NCBI RefSeq assembly: GCF_004010195.1
Contig: NC_057724.1
Location: forward strand, 6,948,786-7,012,785
Length of the DNA stretch: 64,000 nucleotides
Direction: 5' to 3'
Source: Chiloscyllium plagiosum
Taxonomy: Eukaryota
Positions 51,450-62,530 of this stretch are shown in pieces (within the stretch, counting starts at the first letter, position 1; each line of letters begins with the position of its first letter). Made by a program: the position numbers and the translations under genes. The notes beneath the pieces are model-generated. The model saw only the letters and a program-made list of their open reading frames with translations. It searched no databases and was not told the DNA's origin.

Positions 51450-51605
51450 TGTCATCAGATGGGAACTGGAGGAACTCATCTTCATTGTAGATCATTAGAA
51501 TATATCAACTCACATTGTTTCACTATCTAGTTAAAATAAAAGCACGGATGTGATAAGTTGGCAGCTTTCCCTCGGAAGGTAAACATTTTATATTCTATGG
51601 ATCCT
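51450..51605. repeat. Copy 2 of the duplicated ~155-bp block
   Basis: Direct repeat of 49597-49751. Confidence 0.9.
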
Positions 51606-52119
51606 CTCACACAAAGAAAATCTCTGCTTTCTGTTCAAAATTTCCTAAATTATATCTTTGGCCTCTGACCTCTCTTCCTAGACTCTGCTGAATGCCTCCT
51701 CTATTGTGCACTCAGGCCCCACTGTACAAATCTCACATGGTCACCAATGACGGAAGTGGAGACTGTTGCCCACCATCGCTCCCGCTACATGTTTGAAACC
51801 CAACAGTGTGCCGTTCCCAAAAGGTGCAAAGCAGGAGCCGCCCTTCAGAGTGTGGCCAATCACAAGGAAATGTTTGGCAAAGATATGTGGCATTCCACTT
51901 CACTGGCAGGGAGCATGTAGACGGGCATGTGGATAGAAAGACTGTCAAGAGACCTTGCCACTCAATACCATCCAGCTAGTCTGAAGTTGCCATTAGTGCA
52001 GTGTCCACGGTCAAGAGAAAGGTTAATGATCTCTGTGAGGGTAAGTGCCACCATCTACTCTCAGCCACCTCACTCCATCTCTCTGCTACTGCACCCATCT
52101 CCCATCGAGACTGACACAC

Positions 52120-52335
52120 TTCGTCAACAAAAACAGTCCGCTGAAGAAGCTTAGCAGGTTTGACAGCATGTGTGGAGGGAAAAAAAAGAGTTGACGCATC
52201 AAGTCCAGTGACCCTTCAGGACTCACAATGTTAACCCTGCTTTCTCTCTGTACAGATGCTGCCAGATCTGCTGAGTTTCTCCAGCGCTCTCTCTTTTTGT
52301 TTCGGATTGCCAGCATCCACTGTACTTTGTGCATA
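52120..52335. mobile_element. Palindromic PLE family C mini-element, diverged
   Basis: AGCAGGTTTGACAGCAT and ATGCTGCCAGATCTGCT are inverted arms around a reverse hammerhead stem (GTCCAGTGACCCTTC). Confidence 0.6.
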
Positions 52336-52821
52336 TTGTTTTGCTCTTCTATTGCATGCAGCTTTCTCCCTTACTGCTCTTACTCAAGTCATCTCCCCCC
52401 CCAACTTCCAGCACAAAGTAGGAGTCCCCTTCCGCTCTCTGTGCTTCCTGCTCATTTACCTGGGACACCCAACCACTTTCATTAGTCCTCCTCTATCACT
52501 AACAGCCCTTCTAGCCACTTTCATCTTAGTTAATCCCACCCCCACTTGGTCCCACAAAGCAGCCCATAACAGAGCTGAAAGGACCAAGACACAAGTTGCT
52601 TGTGGCTAATATTCATCGCCACAGTCTACATTTAAAATTCTCAATCCCTTTGATACTAGTTTCAGATAGATCTTGGTCAATAATAAATGCAGCGATCAGG
52701 TAGGATTTCCTGCCCAGCAAATTAAGGAAGCCATTCGGGCAGACAAGATTGTTCTGGGAGCCATTACTATCATGCTTCATTCCAGAAATGGTTGTCTCTC
52801 TCTCTCTCGGTCTCAGTGCCC

Positions 52822-53180
52822 ACAAAATAGAGAAACAGGAGGCTGGAAGAACACAGCAAGCCAGGCAACATCAGGAGGTGGAGATGTCAACATTTCAGGT
52901 GTAACCCTTCTTCAGGGACTGGAGGTGGGTATGAGGGCATCTGTAGGTAGAGGAGGTGGTGGGGGGGGGGGAGCAGGGTGGCAAGGTGAGGATAGGTGAA
53001 GACAGGTCGAGGGTATGACCTGGTTGGTCAATGGGAGGAATGAATCCAGTTGGTAGCTGAAGGGAGGGTTGATCAGAGGAATGGAAGGAATGGGAAGGGG
53101 CTGGGAAAGGAGTCGGGGGATGGGGAGGAGGTTATTTGAAATTGGGCAACTCAATGTTGAGTCCACCGGGCTGTAGGCCT
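52822..53180 (-). mobile_element. PLE 3' end with hammerhead at 52886-52918
   Basis: Reverse complement reads CUGAAGA-A-GGGU-UAC-ACCU-GAAAU-GUU. The minus strand near 53175 reads LQPGGLNIE, a PLE ORF end. Confidence 0.75.
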
Positions 53181-54780
53181 ACAGAGCTGCTCCTAAACTC
53201 AAGTCCCCCAATATTTGGAAAGAAGACCAAACATTGAGCACACAAACAGGTCTGAAAATTAGGTCCAAAAATATTTCTGTAAATCCTAATTTGTTTATAA
53301 ATTAACTTATCAATTTAGACACTGCGTCTTTATGGAATCGTTACCTTTGATTATAAGATAAATGACACTGAATATACTGAACTAGCAACATGGGAGCATT
53401 TTATGTTTTCCCTTTTATTCAGTACAATTGATTGCTTCACATTGTTTATTATCTTTCATTCTATATTTTCCATTCTCAGTGTAATTTAATCAGCTTCTCT
53501 TTTACCAAGGGTTTTACTACAATTCTTTGATCAATCCGAAAACCATCAGTTCACCATCTCCTATCTCCCCTGGGTTTAGTGAAGTAATGATCTGCTTTGC
53601 AAAACCAAAGTTAAGTGCACAGTAAAAAAAAATTTCCAAAATTGGCACAATATTCATAGCTAACCTTTCAGCCAATGAACCCTCCATATCTTGGCATTCT
53701 TCCAATTCTGACCCGCTGTGCCTTGGCAATTCCCTCTGCCCCATTACTGATGCCCATGCATGCTTTGGCACCATCTTTTTATCCTCACCTCTTGGCCTCT
53801 CAAGACATTCTTTCAAACATATTTCTATTAGCCAAGCTCTTGGTTAGTTGTCCGAATACTCTTTATTGGCTCGGTATCAAATTTGCTTCATAACAGTCAT
53901 TTGAAGTGCCTTTGGACATTTTACTTCCTGAAAGGCACTGTACAAATGCAACATGTTGTTGTTGTTATGTAACCTAGCTGGATTAGGGGCAGGAGTAAGC
54001 CATTCCGCCCATGCTATGCCACTTAATAAGATCTCATTGCGCCCTCAATGTTCCCCCTTTTATTCCCACAATGACTGAGCCTCTACACTCGCTTGGCTAG
54101 ACAATTCGACCATCCTTTCAGTGAAGAAATTCCTCTTCATCTCAATCCTCTTATTCTGTGGTTGTGTCTCTCATTCTTGACCCTACTTCCCCCTCCTCAA
54201 TCCTGGGGAAACATCACTCCTGCATCTACCCTGTAAAGCTCTGTAACCCATTCAAAGTCAAATTCCAGCAGCCCCCGTGTTGGCGCACATGTCACTGTAA
54301 TGTTTCACAGGGTTGGAATCTTCCCAGCGCTGGTTAAGCTGGGTGCTGGCAAGACAGTTGTGAAAATGGGGTAAGATGGACTGAAAGGCTCCAATTAAGT
54401 TTCGAACAGCACGATGGGAATCTCATCAGCAAGAGGCCACAGCTGAACTGCAGAAGTTCTGGCCCATATTTGACATGGTGCTGTGATGAAATTTCATTTC
54501 CAGAAACGAAAAAGGAACAGAGAGGAAGCCAACAGTAATTCGTCTCCATCATTTCCTACCAGATATCAGTGTCATGGCCAACAATGCTACACTCCACAGT
54601 GGTCTGCTCTCCCCTCCGACTGGAATCTGGTGTCAGTGACATTCTGGTCAGGCTTGTCGTGCCTGATATAACCAAGCTGTAATTCCTTCTTCCTTGTACC
54701 ATCATCCTCTTCTTCAGAAGATGCTCCTGCTCCCCCCCCCCACTTCCTCAGCATCCAGCACATCACTTCGCTACCTACTT

Positions 54781-55010
54781 CAATTATACAGAGCATGGCA
54801 CACCAGGATGATGGGGCACACTCTGTCCAGTTTATATTGGAGGGCTCCCCTCCTTCCAAACCAGTCCAAGCAGCGGAACCATATCTTCAGCAACCCCTTT
54901 GCTGTACCACGGCCTGTGTTGGGGCATGGGTGCCAATAAACCTGCTCTCTGCATCAGCAGGGGGGTTGTTCAATAGTATAATGAGCTATGGTTGCTGTGG
55001 GTAGCCCCAG
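54781..55010 (-). pseudogene. PIF/Harbinger DDE transposase C-terminal fossil
   Basis: With frameshifts: GYPQQP*LIILLNNP..DAESRFIGTHAPTQAVVQQ..GLLKIWFRCLD..GALQYKLDRVCPIILVCHALYN, then acidic SSEEEDD. This matches the HARBI1-family pattern LLK.RFRCLD.SGGALQY. Confidence 0.75.
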
Positions 55011-55994
55011 AAACCAGGAACACGAGAGTGGTTCTGGATGGAGTTATGGCTGCTGCCAGAGTAGACGCCTGCAGTGCTAACCCACCCTCTCAACCTTACA
55101 CCCACCTTCCTCAAACACTCACCCTCACATTCATTCCACAAATACACTCATTACACTTACGTTACCCAAACCTGTGTGGCCCACACAGTATCCTTCGAAG
55201 ATGGATCGAACAATGGTTCCCACTTCAGCCAGCACTGGTCATTTGGACCAGCGTCGCTGCTAACCTCCCATGATGCTCAGGTTCCATTTACAAGTGCCAA
55301 CTGTGTGTAGCAAATTGCCTTTTACCAGCATCTGATCCTCAGCTTGAATGTATTTGAAACGGACAGTACTTGTAAATGGAATGGGGTTGAGCTTTGCAAA
55401 GGGCTGCTTCATGTTTTAATCAATGCCATGTGGTTACATGGATCTCATGCTGTTGGCCATCAAACTGGCTCTGACTCCACCCATGCTGGGTGATGTTCCA
55501 CTCACTTTCTAGTAGCATTTCACCTCCAGATAGCAGAAATGCTGATCACACTGGACACGACCAGCAGCGGGCCCCAACTGGTTGCCCAATATCTTCCAGA
55601 TTCTACGTATACCTCCCACCCAGATTACCTCAGACCACCTCGACAACCCATTTCCCCAATGTTTCTGATGCAGAGGCATGCCTCTGTTTCCCTCTCCGAG
55701 CCTCCTAAACCTCAGCATTGCTCTTTAATGAGGCCCACCATATTCCTCCAAGCTATCCCTCGGAAGGCCATTGCCAATAATCCCCACATTCCTATAGCCT
55801 GTCACACTCTCCAATACTTTTCCACAGAAATATTGGAGAGAGGAGCAGGAGTAGGCCATTCAGCCCCACGAGCCTGCTTCACCACCCAATACAAATCATG
55901 GCTGATCTTGCAACTCGGCAGCCAGTTCCCACTTTCTCCCCCATACCCTTTGATCCCTTTAGCTCTAAGAACTATATCTCAGTTTTTATAGATA

Positions 55995-56485
55995 CACTAT
56001 AGAAAGCATCCTATCTGGATGCCTCACAGATTGGTAATGGCAACTGCTCTGCCTGAGACCAAAAGAAATTACAGAGTTGTGAATGCAGTCCAGTCCATCA
56101 AAAAACAAACAGATTTCCATGCATTGGTTCCATCTACACAATCCTCAGGAAAGCGGCCAACGTAATCAAAGACCCCTCCCACCCCAGTAATATCTTCTTC
56201 CACCCTCTTGCATTGGGCAGAAGATAAAAGAGTTTGAAAACATGTACCAACAGATTTAAGAACAACTTCTTCCCTGATGTTATCAGACATATGGACGGAC
56301 CTCTCATATACTAGAGTTGACCTTTCTCTGTACCTTCTCTGTAGCTGTAACACTATACTCTGCATGCTGTTCTAGTACCCTGATGTACTTGTGGAAGACA
56401 TGATTTGTCTGGTTAGCACACAAAACAATACTTTTCACTGTGTCTCAGAACATGTGACAACAATAAATCAAATCAAATCAAAATC
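55995..56485 (+). mobile_element. Rex1/Babar-type LINE 3' fragment
   Basis: Homologous to 34225-34490 and 35175-35315; tail AATAAATCAAATCAAATCAA. Confidence 0.8.
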
Positions 56486-56546
56486 CTTCAAGGATGTTGG
56501 AATCATTTGCAGGGTAGTGAAATCTCAAGCCTTTCACATAGATGAG

Positions 56547-56688
56547 GAGAAAGTGAGGTCTGCAGATGCTGGAGATCAAAGTTGAAACTTTATTGCTGGA
56601 ACAGCACAGCAGGTCAGGCAGCATCCAGGGAACAGGAGATTCGACGTTTCGGGCACAGGCCCTTCTTCAGGAAGGGCCTGTGCCCGAA
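56547..56688. mobile_element. Young minimal fold-back PLE family A insertion with hammerhead (56640-56672, minus)
   Basis: TSD ACATAGATGAG at 56536-56546 and 56689-56699. Perfect 20-bp inverted repeat at 56646-56665 and 56671-56690. The left arm differs from 28224-28352 at 2 positions. Confidence 0.88.
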
Positions 56689-57217
56689 ACATAGATGAGC
56701 CAACAGCTACTCAGTACAACCACTGAAAGGCTTTTCAGTATGTCGGCTTCAGTAATTAATGATTCTGCTCTCAGCTTGTTGACTCTGATGAATTCCACAG
56801 AGCTGGGAAAATTCATGTGGTGTTGGTCAGCCTGGGCTGTCGGTGCTAATTCCTCCAATTCTTTCCATTCATTCCTAGGATGTGGGTGTTGCTGGCTGAG
56901 CCAGTATTCATTTACTCATTTCCAAAGTTCCATTGTTTTTTACACACCAGGGCTTGAAACATTTCTGTGAAAGAATGCTTCAGCATCAGTGTGTCACCCA
57001 TGCTGGTTACAGATATTTTTCAATCAACTTGTTAACTTCTCAAGGTAACTGGGGTGTGAGGAATTAATGACAGCCCTGCCAACAACACCCCCATCCCAGA
57101 AATGATTGCTTTCAAGGTAATGTTCTTGCTTTTGAGTCTCCGTGGATACATGAGAGAGAAGGAATAGCAGGATATAGAAGGGAGCAGAGTGGGAAGAGGT
57201 AAGAGAGTCCCTTCAGT

Positions 57218-57490
57218 GAGAAAGCAGGTCATTCAGCCCATCGAGTCCACACCGACCCTCTGAAGGGCATCCTACCCCCACCCCCATCCACACCCACCCC
57301 ATCCTTGTAACCCCACATTTCCCACGGTTAATTCACCTAGGCTGTACGTCCCTGGACACCACAGACAATTTAGCATGGCCAATCCATCTAACCTGCACAT
57401 CTTTGAGCTGTGGGAGGAAGCTGGAGCACCCAGAGGTAACCCACACAGGCAAAGGGAGAACATGCAAACGCCACACGGACAGTCACCGCT
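57218..57490 (-). mobile_element. HE1-type SINE lacking its head
   Basis: Reverse body motifs. Confidence 0.8.
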
Positions 57491-58267
57491 GAGCCAGTGT
57501 GCTGTCAGTGGAGTGGTAGACATTTACTTGAAGTATAAACACTATTAGGGACTATCTGGAGTCAATGTTTGTGCACTGCAGATTCTAGATAATTTTATGT
57601 AATGTATGCAAGCCTCATACAACATTTAAATCAATATTCCCACTGATGGGCCTATATCTCAGGTTGCTGATGGGAATCGATCTCAGTGTTCTAATTTAAG
57701 ATTTAGTCTCTAACCAGGTGCCAGCACAAAGAATAGACCTTTCCAAACCTCAGACTTTCTGAGCAATCTCTCAACAGTTCACAAACTACTAGAAGCCACA
57801 AACCAATTGCAGTCTATAGATAGCTCTTGGCAGCAATACCAGAAGGTCCTGTATTGTCGATTGTACTGATGCAGTTAGTCAGAATTATCCTGCTTTATCA
57901 GATCTGGGACCCAAGCTTCCTTTATGTATTTAGGGAGAAATGTTGATATAAAGGCTTTCCCTGAAAATAATCCAAAAACAATTTTCAATGATGGATAAAT
58001 GTTGAATACCCAAGCAGAGCCTGTTTGCAGGAAACAAAAATACTTCATTCTAATTCAAGTTAGAATTCATTGAACTTTCAGTTGACCTGAAAAGTAGGTC
58101 GACATAAGTAGTTTTGACAATGAATTACCTTTAATATGTATCATCATTAATTACACTTCAAGCAAAATTTGCATTTAAAGAGGAGATTATTTTCCATTTA
58201 AGCACTTTGCAAACCCCATCATTGTGGAAACTGAGTACCTCTATGTCTTGACTTTCAGCTAAGCCAG

Positions 58268-58435
58268 CGCTGGGGACTTGCATTTGATTCCACCCTCGGG
58301 CAACTGTCTGTGTGGAGTTTGCACATTCTCCCCATGTCTGTGCGGGTTTCCTCTGGGTGGTCCAGATTCCTCCCACAACCCAAAGATATGCAGGTTAGGT
58401 GGATTAGCCATGGGAAATGGAGGGCTAAAGGAATG
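58268..58435 (+). mobile_element. HE1-type SINE fragment
   Basis: TGTGTGGAGTTTGCACATTCTCCCC..AAAGATATGCAGGTTAGG. Confidence 0.8.
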
Positions 58436-58440
58436 GGATA

Positions 58441-59135
58441 GGAGATCAGAGTCAAAGAGGGCGGTGCTGGAAAAGCACATTTGGTCAGGCAGCATCTGAG
58501 GAGCAGGAGAATTGACATTTCGGGTATAAGCCCCTCATCAGGAATGGGGCGGGGGGAGGCGGAGAGATAAATGGGGTGAGGTAGCTGGGAAGGTGATAGG
58601 TAGATGCAGGCAGAGGGTGATAGTGAGAAGTCAGAGGGGAGGGTGGAGCAGATAGATGTGAAGGAAGATGGACAGGTAGGACAGTTCAAGAACACGGTGC
58701 CAAGTTGGAGGGTTGGATCTGGGATGACGTGGGGGTCGGGAGTTGAGGAAATTGGTGAAGTCAATGTTGATGCTGTGTGGTTGGAGGGTCCCAAGGTGGA
58801 AGATGAGGTGTTCTTCCTTCAGGCGTCAGGTGGCTGAGATTTGGCAGTGGACGAGGCCCAGGACTTGGATGTCCTTGACGGAGTGGGAGGGGAAGTCGAA
58901 GTGGTTGGCCACAGAGCGGTGGGGTTGTTTGGTGCATGTGTTCCAGAGATGTTCCCTGAAGCATTCTGTGAGTTGGCGTCCTGTCTCTCCAGAGAAGACC
59001 ACATTGAGAGCAATGGATACATTAAATGGGGCATTTGGATCTCCGTGTGGAGTTGGTCACCAGAGATGGAAACAGAGAGTTCCAGAAAGAAGAGGGAAGT
59101 GTCCAAAAGGTCCAGGTGAACTTGAGGTCAGGGTG
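58441..59135 (-). mobile_element. PLE family A 3' portion (GIY-YIG remnant, pLTR, hammerhead at 58511-58545)
   Basis: Minus strand reads EEHLIFHLGTLQPHSINIDF; reverse complement auuc-CUGAUGA-G-GGGC-UUAU-ACCC-GAAAU-GUC-aau. Confidence 0.82.
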
Positions 59136-59274
59136 GAATGTGTTCTATCCATGGCCCTTATGATTTTACAAACCTCTATAAGATTACCCCTCAGCCAAGG
59201 GAAAATAGCCCCAGCCTACTCAGCTTCTCCCTTTAACTCAAATCCTCCAACCCTTGTGAAGGAGACTTTGGAGT

Positions 59275-59945
59275 GCAGGTTCATAGCTCCTTGAAAGTAG
59301 ATTCATAGGTAGATAGGATAGTGAAGATGGCATTTGGTCTGCTTACCTTTATTGGTCAAAGTATAGAGTACAAGAGTTAGGAGCTCATGTTGAGGGTGTA
59401 CTGGACATTGGTTAGGCCACTTTTGGAAAATTGTGTGCAATTCTGGTTTCCTTCCTATCAGAAGGATGTTGTGAAAGTTGGGAAGGTTCAGAAAAGATTT
59501 ACAAGGATGTTGTCAGGGTTGGAGGATTTGAGCTATACAGAGAGGCTGAATAGGCCGGGGCTGTTTTCCCTGGAGCGTCAGAGGCTGAGGAGTGACCTCA
59601 TAGAGGTTTATAAAATCATGAGGGGCATGGATATGGTAAATAGACAAAGATTTTTCCCTGGGGTGGGGAAGTCCAGAACTAGAGGGCATAGATTTAGGGT
59701 GAGAGAGGAAAGATATAAAAGGGACCTAAGGGGCAACATGTTCACTCAGAGGGTGGTACGTGTATGGAATGAGGTGCCAGAGGAAGTGGCGGAGGCTGGC
59801 ACAATTGCAACATTTAAAAGGCATCTGGATGGGTATATGAATAGGAAGGGTTTGGAGAGTAGATTAGGTTGGAATATCTGGTTGGCATGGATGAGTTGAA
59901 CCGAAGGGTCTGTTTCCGTGCTGTACATCTCTATGATTCTGTGAT
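59275..59945 (+). mobile_element. CR1/HER1 LINE 3' fragment, preceded by a short antisense CR1 piece (59143-59255)
   Basis: ORF 59387-59899 reads LVRPLLENCVQFW..RFTRML..DLIEVYK..WNEVPEEV. Confidence 0.92.
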
Positions 59946-61196
59946 GCATTTAAGATATTTATATTGTTCCATTAAATTTTCAAGAATAAGTAAAATCTGA
60001 ATGAGTGAGACTCCACAGCTGTTAAATTCTATTTTCAGTACCAGAGGGGTTGAATAGTTTATCACAGGATTGAAAAGGTAGTTACTCTGGAAGAGCAAAA
60101 CGCAAACTTTCTCTGGTGAATTTAAAACACTGATTCTGTAAATTTGAAGATCACCTCTCCTCACATGGCAATGTTCAAGCAAAAGAAGCAAAGCATTCCA
60201 AATAACAGCTTCCTCATTTATGCGTCTCGCTCCACATGTGCCTTCACTTGAAGCTGCTGTCAAATTGACATGTTAATAACAGGGAGTATGCTTGATTAAT
60301 TTTCACCATTAATTTTACTGCAAAAGCCCGGTCAATACATGTCCAAGTCAGGAGAGTGCATGATTTGGACCAGAATTTGGAGGTTATACTGTTCAGGATT
60401 TGGTGGCATGGAAAAGAAGATTGGCAAGGTGTTTTAATCTTATTCCTTGATGATAAATTTTCAGACAATAATTAATAAATTAATCATACATTTCCCTGAC
60501 TAGAAACAGTTCTTTCTGACCAGTCCTGTTATTGTGAAATGTATAACCTTGAATTAATAATCAACTGATCCAAACATTCAATTAAAATCATTCTTTTTTT
60601 AAACCGCCAGGAAATTAATTATAGTAATTATAACAGAATTATGAATTTCTCATTTGTATGGAATTGCATTGAAAGTAAAATACATCTTAATCCAGCAATC
60701 TTTTTAATTCTGCAGGGAAATATGGGCTGGACTGAGTTTCCTAACTATGTGTATCTCAGGTTCAAAGTTCCCAACAGCAGAGGGATACTCGAGTCTTTGC
60801 CCCATGGAGTGGATTGATGATTTTTCTTTGAGGAATATTCAACAAGGATAGAAGACCAAGTACTAGGACTAATTAAACGCATTATTGGGACATAATCTGG
60901 CAGCTTGTCATGAGGCACAAGGTTTAAAGATATGTGCAGAGTATGGTTGGAGGCTCCATGGTTTTGTGATGCAGTGGTAGCATTCTTACTTTTGAGCAAG
61001 AAGTCCTGGGTTCAAATCCCACACCATCTCTTGCTGGCCATATTAACCCTGTTTGTAATGTGACCAGACGTGAAGACCACCGGACTGCAAACCTTTCCAA
61101 TACACCCAATGGCAGACTGTAAGAGCCATGAGTGCTTCCTGGTCCGCCATCCCACACAAGGCAATGGAAAATGAGTGCGGACTAATCCGCTGGCAA

Positions 61197-61325
61197 GAGA
61201 AAGTGAGGACTGCAGATGCTGGAGCTCAGAGTCGAGAGCGTGGCGCTGGAAAAGCGCAGCAGGTCAGGCAGCATCCGAGGAGCAAGAGGATTGACATTAC
61301 GGGTATAAACCCTTCATCAGGGAAT
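61197..61325 (-). mobile_element. PLE family A 3' end with mutated hammerhead
   Basis: GAGAAAGTGAGGACTGCAGATGCTGG start; reverse complement CUGAUGA-A-GGGU-UUAU-ACCC-GUAAU-GUC. Confidence 0.8.
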
Positions 61326-62189
61326 CATTGGCAGCCAGGAGCAGAATCCTTGTGCATAGTTAAGGCTGACACGGTTAGATTCTTGATGAGTTGGGAATCA
61401 AAGGTTCTGGGGAAAGTTAATAGGAGTAATGGTGGATCTGCCACAATCCAACTGAATGACGGAGCAGACTCCGGGGGCTAATGGCCTACCTCTTTTCTTG
61501 TTTGTTATGACCTTACAGTCTAAGTCATTGGCCCAGCCCTGGGAAATGTACATGCGAGAAAGAGTAGCCTTCACAAGGAGCGTTTGCCCCACAGAAACAG
61601 TGACACTTCCCTGTAGGCTGCTCATCCAAGGAGAGACATTCTGTTTCCAGCAGACCAGAGGAAGGGGTCTGCAAGCAGAATGTAGGAGGCTATCTGGGAT
61701 AGTCGGCAACTGAGCAGCAGTACTACAAGAACCTGGATCCTGGAAAGGTGAGGATCAAGTCGAGTGGAAGTACTGTATGCATGAAAAGTGAGGCCTGATG
61801 AAACACTAGGCATGAACAACCAGTCCTGAGCTAGTGCATGACCTACCTTTTCACCTCCACTGCCTCACCAGACCCAACCAATACTTAAGTCACCACTTTC
61901 CGGGTGCCATCTTTCACCACTGGGCCAATTCTTCTCCATTACGCCCACGTCGAACCCACCAATGTCAGTCAAAGTCGCATCTTTCACTGCTGAGCCCATC
62001 CCAAATGTTGCTGTGATGCCCATCCACCACTGCTTCACTGTCGCCAGCAACAGACCCAACGAACTGATCCTCAAGCACCATCCTTCACCACTGGGCCTGC
62101 CTTGCCGACGACACCTCCACCGGTGTAGCAGCCACCGATTCTGATGCCAGGTCCCATGTTTGCCCTAGGAAAGGAGGGGCTCAGTCGCT

Positions 62190-62530
62190 GAGTCCACTCA
62201 ACTCTATACTGGACTCCCTCGACTCCATGCTGGGTCCACTTGACTCTGCACTGGACCCACTCAGCTCTGCACTGGGCCCACTCGGCTCCCCGCTGGGCCC
62301 ACTCGGCTCCGCACTGGGCCCACTCGGCTCCGCACTGGGCCCACTCGGCTCCCCGCTGGGCCCACTCGGCTCCGCACTGGGCCCACTCGGCTCCACGCTG
62401 GGCCCACTTGGCTCTGCACTGGGCCCACTCGGCTCCCTGCTGGGTTCACCTGAGTCCATGTTAGGCCAACGTAACTCTGCCCTGGGTCCACACAACTCCG
62501 CACTGGGCCCACTGGACTCTGTGCTGGGCT
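62190..62530. repeat. 21-bp GC-rich minisatellite (consensus CTGGGCCCACTCGGCTCCGCA), about 16 units including degenerate edges
   Basis: Directly visible; translates to PSAEPSG (minus) and LGPLGSA (plus) heptad repeats. Confidence 0.92.

Noticed and set aside
53344-53385. 37-nt minus-strand exon candidate (FSIFSVIYLIIK, donor AAG|GTAACG)
   Set aside because: Weak polypyrimidine tract and no supporting homology.
59143-59635. Possible second locally templated inversion (antisense CR1 piece next to a sense CR1)
   Set aside because: The two pieces differ at many positions and share no private variants; they are independent copies.
62190-62530. CRISPR-like or collagen/antifreeze gene reading of the 21-bp array
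   Set aside because: There are no unique spacers, the context is eukaryotic, and the translation is a heptad rather than Gly-X-Y.
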